A stretch of DNA of 64,000 nt from an uncultured bacterium (GTDB lineage Bacteria > Krumholzibacteriota > Krumholzibacteriia > JACNKJ01): positions 33,735 through 97,734 of the forward strand of contig CAZVHI010000009.1 of NCBI GenBank assembly GCA_964627205.1, read 5' to 3'. Positions 36,048 through 45,922 of the stretch are shown here, in pieces (within the stretch, counting starts at the first letter, position 1; every line of letters begins with the position of its first letter). A program made the translations under genes and the position numbers. The notes beneath the pieces are model-generated. The model was given only the letters and a program-made list of their open reading frames with translations, did no database searches and had not been told where the DNA came from.

Positions 36048-36332
36048 TCAGAGCTCGTTGATGAACTTCGAGGTGGGGAGGTTCCGCTCGATGCAGTAGT
36101 TGGCCAGGGCGGTCTTGGCGGTCGCCATGGCCAGGGCGCCGAGGTGACGCGTGAGCGCGATGCCGATCCGGCGGTAGAGGCGCTGCTCGTTGCGGTCGTT
36201 GGCTTTGCCGAGGCTTCCGTCATCGTCGATATCGAAACCGTGCAGACGAAGGGCCGGGACCACGCGGTCAGTTCCGAACACCTCGATCTGGCGCCTCACC
36301 ATGACCTCGGCGAGCTCGCGGTAGATGCCCAA
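36048..36332 (-). CDS. Small hypothetical protein (94 aa)
   Basis: ORF with coding-like composition, divergent from the FAD-oxidase operon. No confident family assignment. Confidence 0.4.
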   Translation of the reverse strand: MGIYRELAEVMVRRQIEVFGTDRVVPALRLHGFDIDDDGSLGKANDRNEQRLYRRIGIALTRHLGALAMATAKTALANYCIERNLPTSKFINEL

Positions 36333-36471
36333 CGGCCTCTCCTGTTCTCGTGGGGCGGCGGGAGGGCCGATCCCTCCTTTGCTGTGCTGCTGTCTGAAGA
36401 GAGTATCGACCGCAGGACAATATTCCTTAATCGGAGTTCACCTTTTTCTTACCCCACGAAGTCATCCTTCT

Positions 36472-36485
36472 GTTGCAATTGCAAC
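36472..36485. promoter_or_regulatory. Perfect 14-bp palindrome GTTGCAATTGCAAC in a low-GC divergent promoter region
   Basis: Read directly from the sequence. Adjacent hairpin CTCGA-ttt-TCGAG. Region 36333-36669 is ~45% GC. Confidence 0.45.
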
Positions 36486-36669
36486 AAGTTTCTCGATTTC
36501 GAGATCTGGCAATCATCCGATTCCACAAAGCCCTTGCAGTTTTACTTCACGGCAGCCTAGTGTGCGCCGATAAGTCGGTGGGAGGGTCCCCGTTCCGGGA
36601 TCGGTTCTCCTATATCGGATTCTTTCCGTAATCAAGCGACAAGACGCAGCTCCCCGCAGCAGGATTTCG

Positions 36670-38586
36670 ATGACGCGACAGGAACTCACCCGCAGCCTCC
36701 GCGAGATCGTGGGCGAGTCCGTGCGCCTTCAGGAGGATCTGCCCAGCCGCCGCCTCTACTCGCGCGACCTGGCGGACGTCCCGAAGCCCTTCCGCCGCCT
36801 CTTCCGCTCGGTCCCCGACCTGGTCGTCCAGCCCCGCGGGCTGGAGGATCTCAGCGCCATCGCCCGCCTGGCCCAGAAGGCCAGGATCCCCGTGCTACCA
36901 CGCGGGATCGGTAGTTGGGGTTACGGCGGCGCCATCCCCACTCAGGCCGGGCTCGTCATCGACCTGGCCCGGATGAAGAGGATCAGCGAGCCCGTGGGGC
37001 ACGAGATCCTGGTCGAGGCGGGCGCGCGCTGGGGCGAGCTGGATTTCTTCCTGGAAGGCCGCGGGCTGCGCTTCCCGGTCCATCCCTCCAACCGCTACGG
37101 CACGGTCGGTGGGTGGTTCGCCACCGGCGGCTATGGCCTGAACGGCCTCCGCCATGGGCACGCGAGTCGCCATGTCTCGTCGCTCGTGGTCGTGCTCCCC
37201 GACGGCACCCTGCGCGAGATCAGCGCGGAAGACCCCGAGTTCTCTCTTTGGTTCGGCAGCGAGGGACAGCTGGGAACCCTGGCCGCCGTCCGGCTCAAGC
37301 TGATGCCACAGGCTGCCGCGGACCGTCCGCTGCTCCTCTATTTCCAGAGCTTCGAGAAGGCCTGCGAGTGGATGCTCCGCCTGCGCGACCTGCCCACGCC
37401 GCCCGCAACCGCCAAGGCCCTGGATGCGGCGCACATGCGCGCGATCATCGCCAGCCATCATCGACGCCGCCCCGGCGGCCCCGACATCCTGGAGCCCAGG
37501 GACGCTCTGCTCCTCCACTTCGATGACAAACAGGCTTTCGAGCGCTTCGTCCGCGAGTTCGGCGGCGTGGAGGGCCGCTTCGAGAGCGGCGACGCCCGCC
37601 GCGCCCCCGACTGGGTGGCCAGCTATCTCTGGGGCGATCGCTATCACCCCCTGAAGGTGCAGCTCCTGGGGCCCGGCCTCCTGGCCTCCGAACATCTCTT
37701 CGACCCGGATCGTTACGGGCGCTTCGTCCTCAGGGCGCGGCGCGCCGCGGCGCGCTTCGGACGCGAGCTGATACTGGAGGCCATGCTCGTCCGCAGCGGC
37801 GAGGAGACGCAGATCCTGAGCCTGGCCACTTGGATCACGGACAAGCGCGCCGATGCGGCCCATCTGCTGCACCTCGCGCTGGCCCCGCTGCTCACCCGCC
37901 TCGGCGTCCGTGTGGGCGGACGCCCCTACGGGCTGGGCATCTGGAACGGCCCCTTCTTCCGGCACCGCTTCCTGGGCCGCAAGGGGCAGAAGATCATGGC
38001 CCTGAAGAGGCGCATCGATCCCGGCGGCGTGCAGAATCCCGGCAAGTTCCATCGCGTCCGCACCCGGGGCCCCCTCTCCACCCTCTTCTTCCACCCGGCC
38101 ATCTTCGAGGGGCTCCTGGACCTCGGCCTGCTCTTCTCACCGCTCCTGGGCGCCTTCGCCCGCGGCGCCAGCCGGGGCGCGGCCAGGGCCGACGCGGCAG
38201 AGAGCCTGCTCGCCCGAGCCGTGGAGGACTGCACCAACTGCGGCAACTGCGTGACCGTCTGTCCGGCCTGGACGCTCACTGGCCACGAGCAGACCACGGG
38301 CCGCGGCAAGCTCTTCCTGGCCAGCAAGCTGCTCGCGGGGGAGACGATCGAGAAGGGCGAGAGCGACTGGGCCCAGCACTGCACGGTCTGCGCGGCCTGC
38401 GCGGACGTCTGCCAGACGGAGATCCCGCTCGTGGAGGCCTACGCCGAGCTGGAGAGGGAGCTGGCGTCGCGGCACGGGCGCCCCGAGGAACAGATCCGGG
38501 CTTTCGTGGAGAGCCTGGGCGGCGAGGACGACTACCTGCGCCTGATCGGCAGCGAGCCCTATGGAGAGCGGCATGTCGTCGGGTAA
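36670..38586 (+). CDS. FAD-linked oxidase (GlcD/D-lactate dehydrogenase-like FAD_binding_4) fused to a C-terminal cysteine-rich Fe-S (CCG/ferredoxin-like) domain
   Basis: FAD-binding segment (IPVLPRGIGSWGYGGA, GGWFATGGYG). C-terminal CTNCGNCVTVCPAW and CTVCAACADVCQTEIP clusters. Confidence 0.75.
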   Translation: MTRQELTRSLREIVGESVRLQEDLPSRRLYSRDLADVPKPFRRLFRSVPDLVVQPRGLEDLSAIARLAQKARIPVLPRGIGSWGYGGAIPTQAGLVIDLARMKRISEPVGHEILVEAGARWGELDFFLEGRGLRFPVHPSNRYGTVGGWFATGGYGLNGLRHGHASRHVSSLVVVLPDGTLREISAEDPEFSLWFGSEGQLGTLAAVRLKLMPQAAADRPLLLYFQSFEKACEWMLRLRDLPTPPATAKALDAAHMRAIIASHHRRRPGGPDILEPRDALLLHFDDKQAFERFVREFGGVEGRFESGDARRAPDWVASYLWGDRYHPLKVQLLGPGLLASEHLFDPDRYGRFVLRARRAAARFGRELILEAMLVRSGEETQILSLATWITDKRADAAHLLHLALAPLLTRLGVRVGGRPYGLGIWNGPFFRHRFLGRKGQKIMALKRRIDPGGVQNPGKFHRVRTRGPLSTLFFHPAIFEGLLDLGLLFSPLLGAFARGASRGAARADAAESLLARAVEDCTNCGNCVTVCPAWTLTGHEQTTGRGKLFLASKLLAGETIEKGESDWAQHCTVCAACADVCQTEIPLVEAYAELERELASRHGRPEEQIRAFVESLGGEDDYLRLIGSEPYGERHVVG

Positions 38587-41500
38587 ATTCCACATCGAGA
38601 ACCGCATCGCCGAGCCCCGCTTCACGCCCAAGGGGCGCTTCTCGATCGCGCGGAATCTGGACGAGTGCATCAACTGCGGCAAGTGCGCGGCCCTCTGCGT
38701 CTACGGCGTGCACGGCCGCGAGGAGCTCGACTATCGCAAGATGGCCGAGCCCATCGACTACCTCTGCCGCGACTGCTTCATGTGCACGCAGGGCTGCCCC
38801 GAGCAGGCGCTGACGATCGGCATCAATCCCGACTTCATGGCCCGGGGCGACGGCCTCTTCAAGCCGGAGATCGTCGCGAGCCTGATGGAGCAGTCCAACC
38901 GCGGCAGCCTGCCGGTCTTCGGCGCGGGCTACCGCGGCCGCTTCTCCGGCCCGGGCTTCGACGCCATGTGGACCGACATGAGCGAGATCGTGCGACCCAC
39001 GCGCGACGGCATCCACGGCCGCGAGTACATCAGCACCGCCGTGGACCTCGGGCGGAAGCCCATGGATCTGTGCGGACTGGAGTTCGACGAGAAGGGCGAC
39101 CCGCTCTTCAACATCCCGCCGACGGTCGAGATCAAGCTGCCGATCCTCTTCGGCCGCCTGCGCTTCTCGCCTGCGGACGAGGCCATCCTGAGCGCCCTGG
39201 CCGCGGCGGCCGTCGAGCTGGGCACCTTCCTCGTGCTGGACGCCGAACGGATCGACGAAACCCTGCAGGCGAGCCGTCACCACCTGATCCCCAGCCTGGA
39301 CCCGTCCCTCTACAGCTGGTCGAAGATGGCCGAGATCGCCCGGGACGAGTGGTTCATCGAGCTGCGCAACGACCGCGACCTGGCCGGCCTCGTGCGGGGA
39401 CTGAAGGAGCTGAAGCCCGACCTGATCATCATGGCCGAGCTGGCACTGGACGGGAAGGCGGCCGAGAGCGAGGCGCGGGCCGCCGAGCTCGTGGAGAGCG
39501 GCGTGGACATCCTCCACCTGAGCCTCGACCCCTACGCGCCGGGCAACGTGGCCGGCGAGCCTCCCGGTCCCGGCACCGTGGCCGACGCGCTCCCCCTCGT
39601 CCACCAGGGCCTCGTGCGCAGGGGCATCCGCGACGAGGTGAGTATCGTGGTCAGCGGCGACATCGCCATGGCCGAGCACGTGCCCAAGTCCATCATCCTC
39701 GGCGCCGATGCCGTGGCCGTCGACACGCCCCTGCTCATCGCCCTCGAGTGCACGGTCTGCGGCGACTGCAAGGTAGACAAGCCCTGCCCCATGGAGCTCG
39801 AGAAGATCGGCTTGCGTTGGGGCCAGGCGCGCGTCGTCAACCTCATGGCCAGCTGGCAGAACCAGCTCCTCGAGATCCTGGGCGCCATGGGCCTGCGCGA
39901 GGTGAGCCGCCTGCGCGGGGAGATGGGGCGCGCGATCTTCAAGGAGGATCTGGACGACGAGCTCCTCTCCGGCCTGAAGCGGGCCGGTCCCGCCGAGCTG
40001 GCGTCCGAGCTTGCGAGCGTGGGCATGTCCAAGCCCACGGCGCCACGCAGGGTCACGAGCGCGGACGAACCCGTACCCGGGCTCCTGCCCGTACCGCGAC
40101 GGGAGATGATGGAGCGCCACTGGCACCGCAGCATGGTCCAGTCGGTGGAGACGGAACAGCAGGGCGGCAGGCCCACGATCCCGCCGGACACGCGCGAGCT
40201 GATGACATTCCCCCTCGCGCTCTGGCGCGTCACCCGCGGCGACGACTGCATCGCCTGCGGGACCTGCGAGCGCGCCTGCCCGACGGGCGTGCACCTCCGC
40301 AAGCCCGGCCACAACCGGATGGAGCCCGCGCGCGCGCAGCTCTGCATGGGATCCGACTGCGCGGAGAAGGAGCCGAGCTGCGTCTTCCAGTGCCCGACCG
40401 AATCCCTGACCGTCGAGCCCAATCCCGAGATGGAGGCGCTGGGAGACGCGCGCTGGCCGCCGCGGATGATCGAGTCCAGCTTCCGCGTCGCCGAGGGGCG
40501 GCAGGAGATCCTGGCGGACTTCGAGACGGGCGCGAGCGGCGGCGGCTTCGACCGTATCGTCTTCGACCGTGCGATCCCGACACCGGCGAGCGGCGCGCCG
40601 GAACCCGAGATCGACCTGTCCCTGCCGCTCAACCGCCGCGGCGAGGGGCCCGAGCGCACGCTGTCGCTCCCCATCTACGGCGGGGGCATGTCCTACGGCT
40701 CGATCGGGCCGGAGGTCATGCTCGCGCGGGCCATGGCGGCGCGCGAGCTCGACATCCTCACCTGCACCGGCGAGGGCGGCTACCCCGAGTTCCTCGAGCC
40801 CTACGCGGATTGGGTCATCACGCAGGTCGCCACGGGGCTCTTCGGCGTCAGCGAGGATTCGCTCCGCCGCTCGCCCATGGTGGAGTTCAAGTATGCGCAG
40901 GGCGCCAAGCCGGGACTCGGCGGCCACCTGCTCGGCGAGAAGGTCACGCCCGACGTGGCGCGCATGCGCCAGAGCGTGGAGGAGCGGAGCTTGTTTTCGC
41001 CCTTCCCCTTCCACAGCGTCTACTCCGTGGAGGATCACAAGAAGCACATCGACTGGATCCTCGCCACGAACCCCGACGCGCTGATCAGCGTGAAGGTCTC
41101 CACGCCCAACGATGTGGACATGGTGGCCGTGGGCAGCTACTACGCTGGCGCGCACGTGCTGCACATCGACGGGGCCTACGGCGGCACGGGAGCCGCGCCG
41201 GAAATCGCCAAGAAGAACATCGCCATGCCCATCGAGTACGCCATCCCCAAGACCCACCGCTTCCTGGCGAACGAGGGCATCCGCAACGAGATCACGCTCA
41301 TCGCCTCGGGTGGCATCCGCACGGCGAGCGACATGGCCAAGGCGATCGCCCTGGGCGCCGACGGCATCGTGATCGGCACGTCCGAGCTGATCGCGCTCGA
41401 GTGCGTGCGCTGCGGCAACTGCGAGAGCTTCCGCGGCTGCCCGCGCGGCATCGCGACCACGGATCCCTACCTGGTGCGCTTCATGGACGCGAACTGGGGC

Positions 41501-41698
41501 AAGGAGCGCATCCTCAACATCTACCGGGCCTATGCGCGCGGGCTGCGGCACATCCTCTCGCAGCTCGGGCTGAAGCGGATCGCCGACCTGCGCGGCCAAA
41601 CCGAGTACCTGCGCCTCACGGATCAGGACCCGGCCCTGCAGCCTGATGCCGTCGCGGAGGCGAGCCGGAGCGCGGAGGAGGGGCAGCATGTCGAGTAG
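38573..41698 (+). CDS. Glutamate synthase-related large protein: N-terminal 2x[4Fe-4S] ferredoxin, a degenerate TIM-barrel copy, inserted ferredoxin domains, and a canonical GltS FMN-binding domain
   Basis: Ferredoxin clusters (CINCGKCAALC, CRDCFMCTQGCP, CTVCGDCKVDKPCP, CIACGTCERACP). GltS FMN-domain motifs (GGMSYGSIGPE, KYAQGAKPGLGGHLLGEKV, GGTGAAPEI, ASGGIRTASDMAKAIALGADG). Overlaps the upstream gene by ~14-26 bp. Confidence 0.75.
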   Translation: MSSGKFHIENRIAEPRFTPKGRFSIARNLDECINCGKCAALCVYGVHGREELDYRKMAEPIDYLCRDCFMCTQGCPEQALTIGINPDFMARGDGLFKPEIVASLMEQSNRGSLPVFGAGYRGRFSGPGFDAMWTDMSEIVRPTRDGIHGREYISTAVDLGRKPMDLCGLEFDEKGDPLFNIPPTVEIKLPILFGRLRFSPADEAILSALAAAAVELGTFLVLDAERIDETLQASRHHLIPSLDPSLYSWSKMAEIARDEWFIELRNDRDLAGLVRGLKELKPDLIIMAELALDGKAAESEARAAELVESGVDILHLSLDPYAPGNVAGEPPGPGTVADALPLVHQGLVRRGIRDEVSIVVSGDIAMAEHVPKSIILGADAVAVDTPLLIALECTVCGDCKVDKPCPMELEKIGLRWGQARVVNLMASWQNQLLEILGAMGLREVSRLRGEMGRAIFKEDLDDELLSGLKRAGPAELASELASVGMSKPTAPRRVTSADEPVPGLLPVPRREMMERHWHRSMVQSVETEQQGGRPTIPPDTRELMTFPLALWRVTRGDDCIACGTCERACPTGVHLRKPGHNRMEPARAQLCMGSDCAEKEPSCVFQCPTESLTVEPNPEMEALGDARWPPRMIESSFRVAEGRQEILADFETGASGGGFDRIVFDRAIPTPASGAPEPEIDLSLPLNRRGEGPERTLSLPIYGGGMSYGSIGPEVMLARAMAARELDILTCTGEGGYPEFLEPYADWVITQVATGLFGVSEDSLRRSPMVEFKYAQGAKPGLGGHLLGEKVTPDVARMRQSVEERSLFSPFPFHSVYSVEDHKKHIDWILATNPDALISVKVSTPNDVDMVAVGSYYAGAHVLHIDGAYGGTGAAPEIAKKNIAMPIEYAIPKTHRFLANEGIRNEITLIASGGIRTASDMAKAIALGADGIVIGTSELIALECVRCGNCESFRGCPRGIATTDPYLVRFMDANWGKERILNIYRAYARGLRHILSQLGLKRIADLRGQTEYLRLTDQDPALQPDAVAEASRSAEEGQHVE

Positions 41699-44225
41699 AC
41701 GCCTCGGTCTTCCGATTCACCGACGCACGAGCGAAGAGGGCGGCTGCGGAGTCATCGGCTGTGTCTCCTCGGAGCCCATCGCCGGGCGCCACCTCATCAG
41801 GCCCCTGGCCCAGATGCACAACCGCGGCAACGGCAAGGGCGGCGGCCTCGCCGTGGCCGGCTGCTTCGAGGAGCACAAGGAGCGCTTCGCGCTGCAGGTG
41901 GGCTACCTCGACCGGGCGGTGCAGGGCGAGCTCGAGGAGGCCTTCGTCCGGCCCCTCTTCGACGTGACCCACGAGGAGGACCAGCCCGAGCTGAGAGACC
42001 ACCGCGAGGTGCCCGGGCTGAAGATCCGCCCGCCGGGCGTGCGGCGCTACTTCGTGCGCGTTCGCGAGGATCGCCTGCGCGAGTTCATGCTGGACCGCGG
42101 GATCAAGAACGCGCTCGAGGCCGAGCAGCTCATGATCTACGAGAACAGCGTGGCGCTGAACCGGCGCTTCTACGTGGACGACCCGCGCGCCTTCGTGCTC
42201 AGCCACGGCCGGAATCTCATGGTGCTCAAGGGCGTGGCCTATGCCGAACAGGTGGCTCTCTTCTACCGCCTCGACGACTTCGAGGCGAACATCTGGATCG
42301 GCCACCAGCGCTATCCCACCCGCGGACGCGTCTGGCACCCGGGCGGTGCCCATCCCTTCGTCGGGCTCAACGAGGCCCTGGTCCACAACGGCGACTTCGC
42401 CAATTATCACTCCGTGCGGGAGTACCTGCTGCAGCGGGGCATGGAGCCGCTCTTCCTCACCGACACCGAGGTGGCCGTCCTCCTCTTCGACTACTACACG
42501 CGTGTACTCGGCTACGACTTCGAGCAGACGGTCGAAGCCCTGGCGCCCACGAGCGAGCGCGACTTCACGCTGCTGCCCAAGCAGAGGCAGCGCCTCTACC
42601 AGGCCCTGCGCAGCGCCCACATCCACGGCAGCCCCGACGGCCCCTGGTTCTTCATCATCGCGCGCAGCTTCGCCGCGAGCGACGAACTCGAGCTGATCGG
42701 GATCACCGACACGAGCATGCTGCGCCCCCACGTCTTCAGCCTGAGCGGCGGTTCTTTCCCCATCGGCTGCGTGGCCAGCGAGCGCCAGGCCATCGACGCG
42801 CTACTCGAGGGCCTGGCCGCCGAGGATCCGCGCGTGTCGCCCGTGCCCGAGGACCGCTGGTCCTGCCGCGGCGGCAGCCACGTGGACGGCGGCACCTACC
42901 GCTTCACCCTCGGCGCGCCCGAGCGGCCGGGCTTCCGTCCCATCGTCTGCCGGGACAAGTTCGGCGACGAACGGCGGCTCCTCGGGGACCGCGAGGACTG
43001 GGCGCGGCCCGTCAGCATCGACACGGCTCCCACGGCCGGCGGCGCGAACGGCGAGGTCGCCGAGCTGCGCGACCGCTTCGGCGCCGAGGGCACGCCGGGT
43101 CTGCTCCGCGGCGTCCGCGAGTTTCTACCGCAGGCCGGCTACGATGGCTTGCGCAAGCTGGTGGGCACGTTCCTCGAGCTGGGTCGGAGCGACTGCAAGG
43201 CCGCTCTCGAGGCGCTCACCGCGCTCCGGGACCGTCCCACGGACATCGGCCGCATGAAACGCAGCTGGGTGGAGGCGACGATCCGACAGGGGATCTTCAC
43301 CCTCCTCGACGGCGTGGACAGCGGCCTGGGCGGCAACGGGGAGAGCGAAGGTTTCCTGCGCCGCGGCTGGGAGAGCCGCCAGGACATCCCCGCCGCCGCG
43401 AACGGCAGCTGCCTCGTCCTCGACGCGCGCGGCTTCCCCCCCGAGGGCGAGGGAAACCTCTCGCGCCTGGTGGCGGACGCCGCTGGCAGGGGCTGGCGGC
43501 GCTTCGTCCTCTACCGCCTGCGCGGGGACCGCTTCCTGGGCTGCGGGCTCGGCCGCGGCTCGGCGGGAGTGCGCATCGACACCTACGGCTCGGCCGGCGA
43601 CTACCTCGGCAGCGGCCTCGACGGCGCGGAGATCTACGTGCACGGCGACGCGCAGGACCAGGTGGGCCAGATCTTCGGCTCGGGCAGGCTCGTCGTCTAC
43701 GGCAATGTGGGGCAGGCCTTCCTCTACGGCGCGAAGGGCGGCGAGGCCTACGTCCACGGCAACACGGCGGGCCGCCCGCTGATCAACAGCGTCGGCGACA
43801 TCCGCTGCGTGGTCAACGGCACCTGCCTCGACTACGCCGCCGAGAGCTTCATGGCCGGCGAGGAGACCGGCGGTGGATTTCTCCTCATCAACGGCCTGCG
43901 CGTGAACGTCCACGGCGAGATCATGGGACTGGAAGAGCGCTACCCGGGCGGGAACTTCTTCAGCCTGGCCTCCGGCGGCGCTGGCTACGTGAACGATCCC
44001 TACCGCACGCTGAGCGAGGATCAGCTCAACGGCGCCAAGTTCGTCGACTTCACGCAGGAAGACTGGAGCTGCATCCTGCCCTACCTCGAGACCAACGAGG
44101 AACTCTTCGGCGTGTCGGTCGAGGCGGACCTGCTCACTGTCGACCGCACCCGGCGCTGGCCCGACGAGGTCTTCCGCAAGGTCGTGGCCCGGCCGATCGC
44201 GGTCCAGGGCGTCAGCCACGGCTGA
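41688..44225 (+). CDS. Glutamate synthase-related protein: class-II (Ntn) glutamine amidotransferase domain fused to GltS GXGXG (alpha-subunit C-terminal) domain
   Basis: N-terminal CGVIGCVS (Cys nucleophile after Met). HNRGNGKGGGLA. C-terminal GXGXG repeats (GSGLDGAEIYVHGDAQDQVGQIFGSGRLVVYGNVGQAF). Start overlaps the upstream stop by 11 nt. Confidence 0.75.
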   Translation: MSSRRLGLPIHRRTSEEGGCGVIGCVSSEPIAGRHLIRPLAQMHNRGNGKGGGLAVAGCFEEHKERFALQVGYLDRAVQGELEEAFVRPLFDVTHEEDQPELRDHREVPGLKIRPPGVRRYFVRVREDRLREFMLDRGIKNALEAEQLMIYENSVALNRRFYVDDPRAFVLSHGRNLMVLKGVAYAEQVALFYRLDDFEANIWIGHQRYPTRGRVWHPGGAHPFVGLNEALVHNGDFANYHSVREYLLQRGMEPLFLTDTEVAVLLFDYYTRVLGYDFEQTVEALAPTSERDFTLLPKQRQRLYQALRSAHIHGSPDGPWFFIIARSFAASDELELIGITDTSMLRPHVFSLSGGSFPIGCVASERQAIDALLEGLAAEDPRVSPVPEDRWSCRGGSHVDGGTYRFTLGAPERPGFRPIVCRDKFGDERRLLGDREDWARPVSIDTAPTAGGANGEVAELRDRFGAEGTPGLLRGVREFLPQAGYDGLRKLVGTFLELGRSDCKAALEALTALRDRPTDIGRMKRSWVEATIRQGIFTLLDGVDSGLGGNGESEGFLRRGWESRQDIPAAANGSCLVLDARGFPPEGEGNLSRLVADAAGRGWRRFVLYRLRGDRFLGCGLGRGSAGVRIDTYGSAGDYLGSGLDGAEIYVHGDAQDQVGQIFGSGRLVVYGNVGQAFLYGAKGGEAYVHGNTAGRPLINSVGDIRCVVNGTCLDYAAESFMAGEETGGGFLLINGLRVNVHGEIMGLEERYPGGNFFSLASGGAGYVNDPYRTLSEDQLNGAKFVDFTQEDWSCILPYLETNEELFGVSVEADLLTVDRTRRWPDEVFRKVVARPIAVQGVSHG

Positions 44226-44525
44226 TCCCGGCCTGGGCGCTTTAATTGACCAATCGGGGTCGCGTCCTCATGCTTCCCCATGATTTCCCATAGGTCCTCA
44301 TCATTTCTCATGCTTCCCCCCAGCCCAATACCAGCTTTTCTGGTCCGGTTGTATCATTTTCGAAAAATTAACTGGACCCATCCAAGTGCGGTATAATTGG
44401 CCTCGTACTGACATATCCCAGGTTCTTGGGTTCGGCCCATGAGCCGGTCGAGAACTACATCATGGGCTGCACCAACGGACCGAACTCAGGAAGAACACCA
44501 CCCCCATGTCTCCTGGGAGGGCATC

Positions 44526-45056
44526 ATGAAGAGAATACTGGTTCTGCTGACCCTGCTGGCTGCCGTCGCAGCGCCGGCCTTGGCCGATCGGGACATGACG
44601 GGCAGCTGGGCGGAGATCCAGGCCCCCGCCATCGCCAATCCCGGCGACACCGTCGTCTTCAAGCTCTTTGTTTTCAACGGTAGTCCGGACCTCGAGTGGA
44701 CCCGGGAAGTGATCATCTACTTCCCCGAGAACTTCGACGTGCTGGACGGCTGGTACGACGACCTCGGCCAGGACTGGGCCTTCGACTTCAGCATCGACGG
44801 CTTCCACGGCAACATCGCCGTCTTCACCGACGCCGATGGCGGTTTCGGCGAGATCTACGACGGCACCGGCGGCGAATTCTACGCGCAGGTCTACCTGCAC
44901 GAGAACGTTGACTGCGGGCCCATCCACATCGACTGGAAGCAGTGGGGCGACGGCTACGGCAGCGACCCCCACTGGATCCGGGGCGAGCTGCCCTACGTGC
45001 TCTGCGTGATTCCGACCCAAGAGAGCAGCTGGTCGACGGTCAAGAGCCTGTACTAG
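44526..45056 (+). CDS. Small secreted protein (paralogue 1 of 2) ending in C-terminal SWSTVKSLY
   Basis: gGAGGGcatcATG start context identical to paralogue 2. Signal peptide MKRILVLLTLLAAVAAPALA. Conserved blocks shared with paralogue 2 (EW..E.II.FP, DADGG.GEIY.G.GG.F, PH...GE). Ends ...SSWSTVKSLY*. Confidence 0.75.
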   Translation: MKRILVLLTLLAAVAAPALADRDMTGSWAEIQAPAIANPGDTVVFKLFVFNGSPDLEWTREVIIYFPENFDVLDGWYDDLGQDWAFDFSIDGFHGNIAVFTDADGGFGEIYDGTGGEFYAQVYLHENVDCGPIHIDWKQWGDGYGSDPHWIRGELPYVLCVIPTQESSWSTVKSLY

Positions 45057-45113
45057 AAGCGACCCGGGCCGACTGGATCCGGCCCCGGGCTCGGCTCGAA
45101 TAGCACCCAGGAA

Positions 45114-45137
45114 ACCCGCGCACGCACGCGGGTTTTC
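45114..45137 (+). terminator. Rho-independent terminator after paralogue 1
   Basis: CCCGCG-cacgca-CGCGGG stem followed by TTTTCG. Confidence 0.55.
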
Positions 45138-45345
45138 GCATGTTTCGGGTGGTTTATCTTGAAATTTTAGAGATTCGCATCTCTTGAACCCTTCCCCGCA
45201 TTCCTGCCATAGTTTGAGACGCTGGGAGCGTTAATGCGCATAACAGGAGTTCGCGAACCCGCTCTCGGCGAGGCCACTGGAAGAGCCCCCATGGAAGGCT
45301 CGTATACCGGATTCCGGGTACAACATTGCAGCAATGGAGGGCATC

Positions 45346-45885
45346 ATGAAGAAACTGTTTCTGACAGTCGCGGTGCTGGCTCTATTCGCAACACCAGCAC
45401 TGGCCGACCGCAGTATAGAGGGTAGTTACGTAGAACTTATCGAACCGCAGGGATTGCTCTGCGCGTGCTCGACCTATGAGTTCGTCTTCTACGTCTGGAA
45501 CAACTCCATGGATGTGGAGTGGATCGCCGAAATCATCATCACCTTCCCCGACTGCTGGGAGATCGTGGCCGGTTCCGACTGGTACACGCCGGATCCCGGC
45601 GCCGCGGGTCCCTTCAACTTCATGTTCATCGGTGGCGGTAACGTGGCCCACTGGGCGGACGCCGATGGAGGCTGGGGCGAGATCTACGGCGGCGAGGGTG
45701 GACACTTCGGCGTGACCGTTCACATCTGCCCCGACATGGTGGGCGATGTGCCGATCTACTGGGGCCTGCAGGGCGACATCTACGGCAACGAGCCGCACTA
45801 TGTCGACGGCGAAATCTGGGTCATTGTCTCCGACACCACACCAGTCGAGGACAGCACCTGGAGCAAGGTCAAGGGCCTCTACTAG
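45346..45885 (+). CDS. Small secreted protein (paralogue 2 of 2) ending in C-terminal TWSKVKGLY
   Basis: Signal peptide MKKLFLTVAVLALFATPALA. ~40% identity to paralogue 1 across the mature region. Ends ...DSTWSKVKGLY*. Confidence 0.75.
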   Translation: MKKLFLTVAVLALFATPALADRSIEGSYVELIEPQGLLCACSTYEFVFYVWNNSMDVEWIAEIIITFPDCWEIVAGSDWYTPDPGAAGPFNFMFIGGGNVAHWADADGGWGEIYGGEGGHFGVTVHICPDMVGDVPIYWGLQGDIYGNEPHYVDGEIWVIVSDTTPVEDSTWSKVKGLY

Positions 45886-45922
45886 TCCAATCGGATTTGC
45901 CCTGGATCTGCATCTGAAGTCA

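Noticed and set aside
36048-36332. Possible photoactive-yellow-protein-like partner for the adjacent ammonia-lyase (TAL+PYP chromophore system)
   Set aside because: Only a vague FG.D.DDDG resemblance to a PAS loop. The protein is too short (94 aa) and lacks the PYP Cys context. No 4-coumarate-CoA ligase is nearby.
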